Assembly (NCBI RefSeq): GCF_009914755.1
Contig: NC_060945.1
Reading direction: 5' to 3' (one strand)
From: the human T2T-CHM13v2.0 reference genome, Homo sapiens
Length of the DNA: 64,000 nt
The position numbers were made by a program, and so were the translations under genes. The notes under the pieces were generated by a model that did no database searches, was not told the DNA's origin, and saw only the letters and a program-made list of their open reading frames with translations. This document shows, one piece after another, positions 33,101 to 48,299 of the stretch. Numbering within the stretch: the first letter of the stretch is position 1; the number at the start of each line of letters is the position of its first letter.

Positions 33101-36100
33101 ATAAAATATGAAACTACATCAAATATATATTTTATTCTGGACAAAAAATATCAAAGTACACCAGACATATTTTCTATAGTGTACATAAAATATCAAAGTA
33201 CCAAAAGCATGTATTATATACTGTACATAAAATATGAAAGTACATCAAATATATATTTTATTCTGTACATAAAATATCAAAGTACACCAGATATATATTC
33301 TATAGTGTACATAAAATATCAAAAGTACCCAAACTATACATTATATACTGTACATAAAATATGAACTTACATCAAATATATATTATATTAGGTACATAAA
33401 ATATGAAAGTACATCAAATATAGATTATATACTGTACATTAAATACCAAAGTACCCCAAATATATATTTTATACTCTACATGTAATATCAAAGTTCACAC
33501 ACTATATATTATATACTGTACATAAAATATCAAAGTACCCAAGGTATATATTCTATACTGTACAAAAAACATCAAAGTACCCAAAGCATGTATTATATAC
33601 TGTACATAAAATATGAAAGTACATCAAATATATATTTTATTCTGTACATAAAATATCAAAGTACACCAGATATATATTCTATAGTGTATATAAAATATCA
33701 AAGTACCCAAACTATACATTATATACTGTACATAAAATATGAAATTACATCAAATATATATTATATTAGGTACATAAAATATGAAAGTACATCAAATATA
33801 GATTATATACTGTACATAAAATATCAAAGTACCCCAAAGATATATTATATACTCTACATGAAATATCAAAGTTCACAAACTATATATTATATACTGTACA
33901 TAAAATATCAAAGTACCCAAGGTATATATTCTATACTGTACAAAAAATATCAAAGTACCCAAAGCATGTATTATATACTGTATATAAAATATGAAAGTAC
34001 ATCAAATATATATTTTATTCTGTACATAAAATATCAAAGTACACCAGATATATATTCTATAGTGTACATAAAATAACAAAGTACACAAACTATAAATTAT
34101 ATACTGTACATAAAATATGAAATTACATCAAATATATATTAGGTACATAAAATATGAAAGTACATCAAATATAGATTATATACTGTACATATAATATCAA
34201 TGTACCCCAAATATATATTTTATACTCTACATGAAATATCAAAGTTCACAAACCATATATTATATACTGTACATAAAATATCAAAGTACCCAAGGTATAT
34301 ATTCTATACTATACAAAAAATATCAAAGTACCCAAAGCATGTATTATATACTGTACATAAAATATGAAAGTACATCAAATATATATTTTATTCTTTACAT
34401 AATATATCAAAGTACACCAGATATATATTCTATAGTGTACATAAAATATCAAAGTACCCAAACTATACATTATATACTGTACATAAAATATGAGATTACA
34501 TCAAATATATATTATATTAGGTACATAAAATATGAAAGTACATCAGATATAGATTATATACTGTACATAAAATATCAAAGTACCCCAAATATATATTATA
34601 TACTCTACATGAAATATCAAAGTTCACAAACTATATATTATATAATGTACATAAAATATCAAAGTACCCAAGGTATATATTCTATACTGTACAAAAGATA
34701 TCAAAGTACCCAAAGCACGTATTATATACTGTACATAAAATATGAAAGTACATCAAATATATATTTTATTCTGTACATAAAATATCAAAGTACACCAGAT
34801 ATATATTCTATAGTGTACATAAAATAACAAAGTACACAAACTATAAATTATATACTGTACGTAAAATATGAAATTACATCAAATATATATTAGGTACATA
34901 AAATATGAAAGTACATCAAATATAGATTATATACTGTACATATAATATCAATGTACCCCAAATATATATTTTATACTCTACATGAAATATCAAAGTTCAG
35001 AAACCATATATTATATATTGTACATAAAATATCAAAGTACCCAAGGTATATATTCTATACTGTACAAAAAATATCAAAGTACCCAAAGCATGTATTATAT
35101 ACTGTACATAAAATATGAAAGCACATCAAATATATATTTTATTCTGTACATAAAACATCAAAGTACACCAGATATATATTCTATACTGTACAAAAAATAT
35201 CAAAGTACCCAAAGCATGTATTATATACTGTACATAAAATATGAAATTACATCAAATATATATTATATTAGGTACATAAAATATGAAAGCACATCAAATA
35301 TAGATTATATACTGTACATTAAATACCAAAGTAACACAAATATATATTTTATACTGTACATCAAATATCAAAGTTCACAAACTATATATTATATACTGTA
35401 CATAAAATATCAAAGTACCCAAGGTATATATTCTATACTGTACAAAAAATATCAAAGTACCCAAAGCATGTATTATATACTGTACATAAAATATGAAAGT
35501 ACATCAAATATATATTTTATTCTGTACATAAAATATCAAAGTACACCAGATATATATTCTATAGTGTACATAAAATATCAAAGTACCCAAACTATACATT
35601 ATATACTGTACATAAAATATGAAATTACATCAAATATATATAATATTAGCTACATAAAATATGAAAGTTCATCAGATATAGATTATATACTGTACATAAA
35701 ATATCAAAGTACCCCAAGTATATATTATATTCTCTACATGAAATATCAAAGTTCACAAACTATATATTATATACTGTACATAAAATATCAAATTACCCAT
35801 GGTATATATTCTATACTGTACAAAAAATATCAAAGTACCCAAAGCATGTATTATATACTGTATACAAAATATGAAAATACATTAAATATATATTTTATTC
35901 TGTACATAAAATATCAAAGTACACCAGATATGTATTCTATAGTGTACATAAAATAACAAAGTACACAAACTATAAATTATATACTGTACGTAAAATATGA
36001 AATTACATCAAATATATATTAGGTACATAAAATATGAAAGTACATCAAATATAGATTATATACTGTACATATAATATCAATGTACCCCAAATATATATTT

Positions 36101-37639
36101 TATACTCTACATGAAATATCAAAGTTCACAAACCATACATTATATACTGTACATAAAATATCAAAGTACCCAAGGTATATATTCTATACTGTACGAAAAA
36201 TATCAAAGTACCCAAAGCGTGTATTATATACTGTACATAAAATAAGAAAGTACATCAAATATATATTTTATTCTGTACATAAAATATCAAAGTACACCAG
36301 ATATATATTCTATAGTGTACATAAATTATCAAAGTACCCAAACTATACATTATATACTGTACATAAAATATGAAATTACATCAAATATATATTAGGTACA
36401 TAAAATATGAAAGTATATCAAATATAGATTATATACTGTACATATAATATCAATGTACCCCAAATATATATTTTCTACTCTACATGAAATATCAAAATTC
36501 ACAAACTATATATTATATACTGTAAATAAAATATCAAAGTACCCAAGGTATATATTCTATACTGTACAAAAAATATCAAAGTACCCAAAGCATGTATTAT
36601 ATACTGTACATAAAATATGAAAGTACATCAAATATATATTTTATTCTGTACATAAAATATCAAAGTACACCAGATATATATTCTATAGTGTACATAAAAT
36701 ATCAAAGTACCCAAACTATACATTATATACTGTACATAAAATATGAAATTACATAAAATATATATTATATTAGGTACATAAAATATGAAAGTACATCAAA
36801 TATAGATTATATACTGTACATTAAATACCAAAGTACCCCAAATATATATTTTATACTCTACATGAAATATCAAAGTTCACAAACCATATATTATTTACTG
36901 TACATAAAATATCAAAGTACCCAAGGTATATATTCTATACTGTACAAAAAATATCAAAGTACCGAAAGCATGTATTATATACTGTATATAAAATATGAAA
37001 GTACATTAAATATATATTTTGTTCTGTACATAAAATATCAAAGTACACCAGATATATATTCTATAGTTTACATAAAATAACAAAGTACACCAACTATAAA
37101 TTATATACTGTACATAAAATATGAAATTACATCAAATATATATTAGGTACATAAAATATGAAAGTACATCAAATATAGATTATATACTGTACATATAATA
37201 TCAATGTACCCCAAATATATATTTTATACTCTACATGAAATATCAAAGTTCACAAACCATACATTATATACTGTACATAAAATATCAAAATACCCAAGGT
37301 ATATATTCTATAGTGTACAAAAAATATCAAAGTACCCAAAGCATGTATTATATACTGTACATAAAATATGAAAGTACATCAAATATATATTTTATTCTGT
37401 ACATAAAATATCAAAGTACACCAGATATATATTCTATAGTGTACATAAAATATCAAAGTACCCAAACTATACATTATATACTGTACATAAAATATGAAAT
37501 TACATCAGATATATATTATATTAGGTACATAAAATATGAAAGTACATCAAATATAGATTATATACTGTACATAAAATATCAAAGTACCCCAAATATATAT
37601 TATATACTGTACATGAAATATCAAAGTTCACAACTATAT

Positions 37640-40600
37640 ATTATATACTATACATAAAATATCAAAGTACCCAAGGTATATATTCTATACTGTACAAAAA
37701 ATATCAAAGTACCCAAAGCATGTATTATATACTGTACATAAAATATGAAATTACATCAAATATATATTATATTAGGTACATAAAATATGAAAGTACATCA
37801 AATATAGATTATATACTGTACATAAAATATCAAAGTACCCCAAATATATATTATATACTGTACATGAAATATCAAAGTTCACAACTATATATTACATACT
37901 GTACTTAAAATATCAAAGTACCCAATTTATATATTCTATACTGTACAAAAAATATCAAAGTACCCAAAGCATGTATTATATACTGTACATAAAATATGAA
38001 AGTACATCAAATATATATTTTATTCTGTACATAAAATATCAAAGTACAGAAGGTATATATTCTATAGTGTATATAAAATATCAAAGTACCCAAAATATAC
38101 ATTATATACTGTACATAAAATATGAAATTACATCAAATATGTATTATATTAAGTACATAAAATATGAAAGTACATGAAATATAGATTATATACTGTACAT
38201 AAAATATCAAAGTACCCCAAATTTATATTATATACTATACATGAAATATCAAAGTTCACAAACTATATATTATATACTGTACATAAAATATCAAAGTACC
38301 CAAGGTATATATTCTATAGTGTACAAAAAATATCAAATTACCCAAAGCATGTATTATATACTGTACATAAAATATAAAATTACATCAAATAAATATTTTA
38401 TTCTGTACATAAAATATCAAAGTACACCAGATATATATACTATAGTGTACATAAAATATCAAAGTACCCAAACTATACATTATACACTGTACATATAATA
38501 TGAAATTACATCAAATATATATTAGGTACATAAAATATGAAAGTACATCAAATATAGATTATATACTGTACATATAATATCAATGTACCCCAAATATATA
38601 TTTTATACTCTACATGAAATATCAAAGTTCACAAACCATATATTATATACTGTACATAAAATATCAAAGTACCCAAGGTATATATTCTATACTGTACAAA
38701 ACATATCAAAGTACCCAAAGCATTTATTATATACTGTACATAAAATATGAAACTACATCAAATATATATTTTATTCTGTACATAAAATATCAAAGTACAC
38801 CAGATATATATTCTATAGTGTACATAAAATATCAAAGTACCCAAACTATACATTATATACTGTACATAAAATATGAAATTACATCAAATATATTTTATAT
38901 TAGGTACATAAAATATGAAAGTACATCAAATATAGATTATATACTGTACATTAAATACCAAAGTACCCCAAATATATATTTTATACTGTACATGAAATAT
39001 CAAAGTTCACACACTATATATTATATACTGTACATAAAATATCAAAGTACCCAAGGTATATATTCTATACTGTACAAAAAATATCAAAGTACCCAAAGCA
39101 TGTATTATATACTGTACATAAAATATGAAAGTACATCAAATATATATTTTATTCTGTACATAAAATATGAAAGTACACCAGATATATATTCTATAGTGTA
39201 CACAAAATAACAAAGTACACAAACTATAAATTATATACTGTACATAAAATATGAAATTACATCAAATATATATTAGGTACATAAAATATGAAAGTACATC
39301 ACATATAGATTATATACTGAACACATAATATCAATGTACCCCAAATATATATTTTATACTCTACATGAAATATCAAAGTTCAGAAACCATACATTATATA
39401 CTGTACATAAAATATCAAAGTACCCAAGGTATATATTCTATACTGTACAAAAAATATCAAAGTACCCAAGGCATGTATTATATACTGTACATAAAATATG
39501 AAAGTACATCAAATATATATTTTATTCTGTACATAAAATATCAAAGTACACCAGATATATATTCTATAGTGTACATAAAATATCAAAGTACCCAAACTAT
39601 ACATTATATACTGTACATAAAATATGAAATTACATCAAATATATATTAGGTACATAAAATATGAAAGTACATCAAATATAGATTATATACTGTACATAAA
39701 ATATCAAAGTACCCCAAATATATATTATATACTCTACATGAAATATCAAAGTTCACAAACTATATATTATATACTGTACATAAAATATCAAAGTACCCAA
39801 GGTATATATTCTATACTGTGCGAAAAATATCAAAGTACCCAAAGCATGTATTATATACTGTATATAAAATATGAAAATACATCAAATATATATTTTATTC
39901 TGTACATAAAATATCAAAGTACACCAGATATATATTCTATAGTGTACATAAAATAACAAAGTACACAAACTATAAATTATATACTGTACATAAAATATGA
40001 AATTACATCAAATATATATTAGGTACATAAAATATGAAAGTACATCAAATATAGATTATATACTGTACATATAATATCAATGTACCCCAAAAATATATTT
40101 TATACTCTACATGAAATATCAAAGTTCACAAACCATACATTATATACTGTACATAAAATATCAAAGTACCCAAGGTATATATTCTATACTGTACAAAAAA
40201 TATCAAAGTACCCAAAGCATGTATTATATACTGTACATAAAATATGAAAGTACATCAAATATATATTTTATTCTGTACATAAAATATCAAAGTACACCAG
40301 ATATATATTCTATAGTGTACATAAAGTAACAAAGTACACAAACTATACATTATATACTGTACATAAAATATGAAATTACATCAAATATATATTAGGTACA
40401 TAAAATATGAAAGTACATCAAATATAGATTATATACTGTACATAAAATATCAATGTACCCCAAATATATATTTTATACTCTACATGAAATATGAAAGTTC
40501 ACAAACCATATATTATATACTTTACATAAAATATCAAAGTACCCAATGTATATATTCTATACTATACAAAAAATATCAAAGTACCCAAAGCATGTATTAT

Positions 40601-42260
40601 ATACTGTACATAAAATATGAAAGTACATCAAATATATATCTTATTCTGTACATAAAATATCAAAGTACCCAAACTATACATTATATACTGTACATAAAAT
40701 ATGAAATTACATCAAATATATATTAGGTACATAAAATATGAAAGTACATCAAATATAGATTATATACTGTACATAAAATATCAAAGTACCCCAAATATAT
40801 ATTATATACTCTACATGAAATATCAAAGTTCACAAACTATATATTATATACTGTACATATAATATGAAAGTACCCAAGGTATATATTCTATACTGTACAA
40901 AAAATATCAAAGTACCAAAAGCATGTATTATATACTGTATATAAAATATGAAAGTACATTAAATATATATTTTATTCTGTACATAAAATATCAAAGTACA
41001 CCAGATATATATTCTATAGTGTACATAAAATAACAAAGTACACAAACTATAAATTATATACTGTACATAAAATATGAAATTACATCAAATATATATTAGA
41101 TACATAAAATATGAAAGTACATCAAATATAGATTATATACTGTACATATAATATCAATGTACCCCAAATATATATTTTATACTCTACATGAAATATCAAA
41201 GTTCACAAACGATACATTATATACTGTACATAAAATATCAAAGTACCCAAGGTATATATTCTATAGTGTACAAAAAATATCAAAGTACCCAAAGCATGTA
41301 TTATATACTGTACATAAAATATGAAAGTACATCAAATATATATTTTATTCTGTACATAAAATATCAAAGTACACCAGATATATATTCTATAGTGTACATA
41401 AAATATCAAAGTACCCAAACTATACATTATATACTGTACATAAAATATGAAATTACATCAAATATATATTATATTAGGTACATAAAATATGAAAGTACAT
41501 CAAATATAGATTATATACTGTACATAAAATATCAAAGTACCCCAAATATATATTATATACTGTACATGAAATATCAAAGTTCACAACTATATATTATATA
41601 CTGTACATAAAATATCAAAGTCCCCAAGGTATATATTCTATACTGTACAAAAAATATCAAAGTACCCAAAGCATGTATTATATACTGTACATAAAATATG
41701 AAATTACATCAAATATATATTATATTGGGTACATAAAATATGAAAGTACATCAAATATAGATTATATACTGTACATAAAATATCAAAGTACCCCAAATAT
41801 ATATTATATACTGTATATGAAATATCAAAGTTCACAACTATATATTACATACTGTACATAAAATATCAAAGTACCCAATTTATATATTCTATACTGTACA
41901 AAAAATATCAAAGTACGAAAGCATGTATTATATACTGTACATAAAATATGAAACTACATCAAATATATATTTTATTCTGTACATAAAATATCAAAGTAAA
42001 GAAGATATATATTCTATAGTGTATATAAAATATCAAATTACCCAAACTATACATTATATACTGTACATAAAATATGAAATTACATCAAATATGTATTATA
42101 TTAGGTACATAAAATATGAAAGTACATGAAATATAGATTATATACTGTACATAAAATATCAAAGTACCCCAAATTTATATTATATACTATACATGAAATA
42201 TCAAAGTTCACAAACTATATATTATATACTGTACATAAAATATCAAAGTACCCAAGGTAT
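37640..42260 (+). repeat. Near-identical copy of about 21650-26270 (offset 15986)
   Basis: Fourteen consecutive ORF starts match at exactly +15986 (21734/37720 through 26207/42193), with shared private variants such as GTACAGAAGG, CTGAACACAT, TGTGCGAA, AAAGTAAC and ATTGGGTAC. Confidence 0.92.
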
Positions 42261-45240
42261 ATATTCTATACTGTACAAAAAATATCAAAGTACCCAAAGC
42301 ATGTATTATATACTGTACATAAAATATGAAATTACATCAAATATATATTATATTAGGTACATAAAATATGAAAGTACATCAAATATAGATTATATACTGT
42401 ACATAAAATATCAAAGTACCCCAAATATATATTATATACTGTACATGAAATATCAAAGTTCACAACTATATATTACATACTGTACTTAAAATATCAAAGT
42501 ACCCAATTTATATATTCTATACTGTACAAAAAATATCAAAGTACCCAAAGCATGTATTATATACTGTACATAAAATATGAAAGTACATCAAATATATATT
42601 TTATTCTGTACATAAAATATCAAAGTACAGAAGGTATATATTCTATAGTGTATATAAAATATCAAAGTACCCAAAATATACATTATATACTGTACATAAA
42701 ATATGAAATTACATCAAATATGTATTATATTAAGTACATAAAATATGAAAGTACATGAAATATAGATTATATACTGTACATAAAATATCAAAGTACCCCA
42801 AATTTATATTATATACTATACATGAAATATCAAAGTTCACAAACTATATATTATATACTGTACATAAAATATCAAAGTACCCAAGGTATATATTCTATAG
42901 TGTACAAAAAATATCAAATTACCCAAAGCATGTATTATATACTGTACATAAAATATAAAATTACATCAAATAAATATTTTATTCTGTACATAAAATATCA
43001 AAGTACACCAGATATATATACTATAGTGTACATAAAATATCAAAGTACCCAAACTATACATTATACACTGTACATATAATATGAAATTACATCAAATATA
43101 TATTAGGTACATAAAATATGAAAGTACATCAAATATAGATTATATACTGTACATATAATATCAATGTACCCCAAATATATATTTTATACTCTACATGAAA
43201 TATCAAAGTTCACAAACCATATATTATATACTGTACATAAAATATCAAAGTACCCAAGGTATATATTCTATACTGTACAAAACATATCAAAGTACCCAAA
43301 GCATTTATTATATACTGTACATAAAATATGAAACTACATCAAATATATATTTTATTCTGTACATAAAATATCAAAGTACACCAGATATATATTCTATAGT
43401 GTACATAAAATATCAAAGTACCCAAACTATACATTATATACTGTACATAAAATATGAAATTACATCAAATATATTTTATATTAGGTACATAAAATATGAA
43501 AGTACATCAAATATAGATTATATACTGTACATTAAATACCAAAGTACCCCAAATATATATTTTATACTGTACATGAAATATCAAAGTTCACACACTATAT
43601 ATTATATACTGTACATAAAATATCAAAGTACCCAAGGTATATATTCTATACTGTACAAAAAATATCAAAGTACCCAAAGCATGTATTATATACTGTACAT
43701 AAAATATGAAAGTACATCAAATATATATTTTATTCTGTACATAAAATATGAAAGTACACCAGATATATATTCTATAGTGTACACAAAATAACAAAGTACA
43801 CAAACTATAAATTATATACTGTACATAAAATATGAAATTACATCAAATATATATTAGGTACATAAAATATGAAAGTACATCACATATAGATTATATACTG
43901 AACACATAATATCAATGTACCCCAAATATATATTTTATACTCTACATGAAATATCAAAGTTCAGAAACCATACATTATATACTGTACATAAAATATCAAA
44001 GTACCCAAGGTATATATTCTATACTGTACAAAAAATATCAAAGTACCCAAGGCATGTATTATATACTGTACATAAAATATGAAAGTACATCAAATATATA
44101 TTTTATTCTGTACATAAAATATCAAAGTACACCAGATATATATTCTATAGTGTACATAAAATATCAAAGTACCCAAACTATACATTATATACTGTACATA
44201 AAATATGAAATTACATCAAATATATATTAGGTACATAAAATATGAAAGTACATCAAATATAGATTATATACTGTACATAAAATATCAAAGTACCCCAAAT
44301 ATATATTATATACTCTACATGAAATATCAAAGTTCACAAACTATATATTATATACTGTACATAAAATATCAAAGTACCCAAGGTATATATTCTATACTGT
44401 GCGAAAAATATCAAAGTACCCAAAGCATGTATTATATACTGTATATAAAATATGAAAATACATCAAATATATATTTTATTCTGTACATAAAATATCAAAG
44501 TACACCAGATATATATTCTATAGTGTACATAAAATAACAAAGTACACAAACTATAAATTATATACTGTACATAAAATATGAAATTACATCAAATATATAT
44601 TAGGTACATAAAATATGAAAGTACATCAAATATAGATTATATACTGTACATATAATATCAATGTACCCCAAAAATATATTTTATACTCTACATGAAATAT
44701 CAAAGTTCACAAACCATACATTATATACTGTACATAAAATATCAAAGTACCCAAGGTATATATTCTATACTGTACAAAAAATATCAAAGTACCCAAAGCA
44801 TGTATTATATACTGTACATAAAATATGAAAGTACATCAAATATATATTTTATTCTGTACATAAAATATCAAAGTACACCAGATATATATTCTATAGTGTA
44901 CATAAAGTAACAAAGTACACAAACTATACATTATATACTGTACATAAAATATGAAATTACATCAAATATATATTATATTAGGTACATAAAATATGAAAGT
45001 ACATCAAATATAGATTATATACTGTACATAAAATATCAATGTACCCCAAATATATATTTTATACTCTACATGAAATATGAAAGTTCACAAACCATATATT
45101 ATATACTTTACATAAAATATCAAAGTACCCAATGTATATATTCTATACTGTACAAAAAATATCAAAGTACCCAAAGCATGTATTATATACTGTACATAAA
45201 ATATGAAAGTACATCAAATATATATCTTATTCTGTACATA
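42261..45240 (+). repeat. Tandem partial re-duplication of about 37680-40660 (offset 4581)
   Basis: ORFs 37971/42552, 38241/42822, 38614/43195, 39365/43946, 39624/44205 and 40111/44692 are all +4581 with identical translations. Confidence 0.9.
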
Positions 45241-48200
45241 AAATATCAAAGTACACCAGATATATATACTATAGTGTACATAAAATATCAAAGTACCCAA
45301 ACTATACATTATACACTGTACATATAATATGAAATTACATCAAATATATATTAGGTACATAAAATATGAAAGTACATCAAATATAGATTATATACTGTAC
45401 ATATAATATCAATGTAACCCAAATATATATTTTATACTCTACATGAAATATCAAAGTTCACAAACTATATATTATATACTGTACATAAAATATCAAAGTA
45501 CCCAAGGTATATATTCTATACTGTACAAAAAATATCAAAGTACACAAAGCATGTATGATATACTGTACATAAAATATGAAAGTACATCAAATATGTATTT
45601 TATTCTGTACATAGAATATCAAAGTACACCAGATATATATTCTATAGTGTACATAATATAACAAAGTACAAAAACTATACATTATATACTGTACATAAAA
45701 TATGAAATTACATCAAATATATATTAGGTACATAAAATATGAAAGTACATCAAATATAGATTATATACTGTACATAAAATATCAAAGTACCCCAAATATA
45801 TATTATATACTCTACATGAAATATCAAAGTTCACAAACTATATATTATATACTGTACATATAATATGAAAGTACCCAAGGTATATATTCTATACTGTACA
45901 AAAAATATCAAAGTACCAAAAGCATGTATTATATACTGTATATAAAATATGAAAGTACATTAAATATATATTTTATTCTGTACATAAAATATCAAAGTAC
46001 ACCAGATATATATTCTATAGTGTACATAAAATAACAAAGTACACAAACTATAAATTATATACTGTACATAAAATATGAAATTACATCAAATATATATTAG
46101 ATACATAAAATATGAAAGTACATCAAATATAGATTATATACTGTACATATAATATCAATGTACCCCAAATATATATTTTATACTCTACATGAAATATCAA
46201 AGTTCACAAACGATACATTATATACTGTACATAAAATATCAAAGTACCCAAGGTATATATTCTATAGTGTACAAAAAATATCAAAGTACCCAAAGCATGT
46301 ATTATATACTGTACATAAAATATGAAAGTACATCAAATATATATTTTATTCTGTACATAAAATATCAAAGTACACCAGATATATATTCTATAGTGTACAT
46401 AAAATATCAAAGTACCCAAACTATACATTATATACTGTACATAAAATATGAAATTACATCAAATATATATTATATTAGGTACATAAAATATGAAAGTACA
46501 TCAAATATAGATTATATACTGTACATAAAATATCAAAGTACCCCAAATATATATTATATACTGTACATGAAATATCAAAGTTCACAACTATATATTATAT
46601 ACTGTACATAAAATATCAAAGTCCCCAAGGTATATATTCTATACTGTACAAAAAATATCAAAGTACCCAAAGCATGTATTATATACTGTACATAAAATAT
46701 GAAATTACATCAAATATATATTATATTGGGTACATAAAATATGAAAGTACATCAAATATAGATTATATACTGTACATAAAATATCAAAGTACCCCAAATA
46801 TATATTATATACTGTATATGAAATATCAAAGTTCACAACTATATATTACATACTGTACATAAAATATCAAAGTACCCAATTTATATATTCTATACTGTAC
46901 AAAAAATATCAAAGTACGAAAGCATGTATTATATACTGTACATAAAATATGAAACTACATCAAATATATATTTTATTCTGTACATAAAATATCAAAGTAA
47001 AGAAGATATATATTCTATAGTGTATATAAAATATCAAATTACCCAAACTATACATTATATACTGTACATAAAATATGAAATTACATCAAATATGTATTAT
47101 ATTAGGTACATAAAATATGAAAGTACATGAAATATAGATTATATACTGTACATAAAATATCAAAGTACCCCAAATTTATATTATATACTATACATGAAAT
47201 ATCAAAGTTCACAAACTATATATTATATACTGTACATAAAATATCAAAGTACCCAAGGTATATATTCTATAGTGTCCAAAAAATATCAAAGTACCCAAAG
47301 CATGTATTATATACTGTACATAAAATATAACATTACATCAAATATATATTTTATTCTGTACATAAAATATCAAAGTACACCAGATATATATACTATAGTG
47401 TACATAAAATATCAAAGTACCCAAACTATACATTATACACTGTACATATAATATGAAATTACATCAAATATATATTAGGTACATAAAATATGAAAGTACA
47501 TCAAATATAGATTATATACTGTACATATAATATCAATGTACCCCAAATATATATTTTATACTCTACATGAAATATCAAAGTTCACAAACCATATATTATA
47601 TAATGTACATAAAATATCAAAGTACCCAAGGTATATATTCTATACTGTACAAAACATATCAAAGTACCCAAACCATTTATTATATACTGTACATAAAATA
47701 TGAAACTACATCAAATATATATTTTATTCTGTACATAAAATATCAAAGTACACCAGATATATATTCTATAGTGTACATAAAATATCAAAGTACCCAAACT
47801 ATACATTATATACTGTACATAAAATATGAAATTACATCAAATATATTTTATATTAGGTACATAAAATATGAAAGTACATCAAATATAGATTATATACTGT
47901 ACATTAAATACCAAAGTACCCCAAATATATATTTTATACTGTACATGAAATATCAAAGTTCACACACGATATATTATATACTGTACATAAAGTATCAAAG
48001 TACCCAAGGTATATATTCTATACTGTACAAAAAATATCAAAGTACCCAAAGCATGTATTATATACTGTACATAAAATATGAAAGTACATCAAATATATAT
48101 TTTATTCTGTACATAAAATATCAAAGTACACCAGATATATATTCTATAGTGTACATAAAATAACAAAGTACACAAACTATACATTATATACTGTACATAA

Positions 48201-48299
48201 AATATGAAATTACATCAAATATATATTAGGTACATAAAATATGAAAGTACATCAAATATAGATTATATACTGTACATAAAATATCAATGTACCCCAAAT

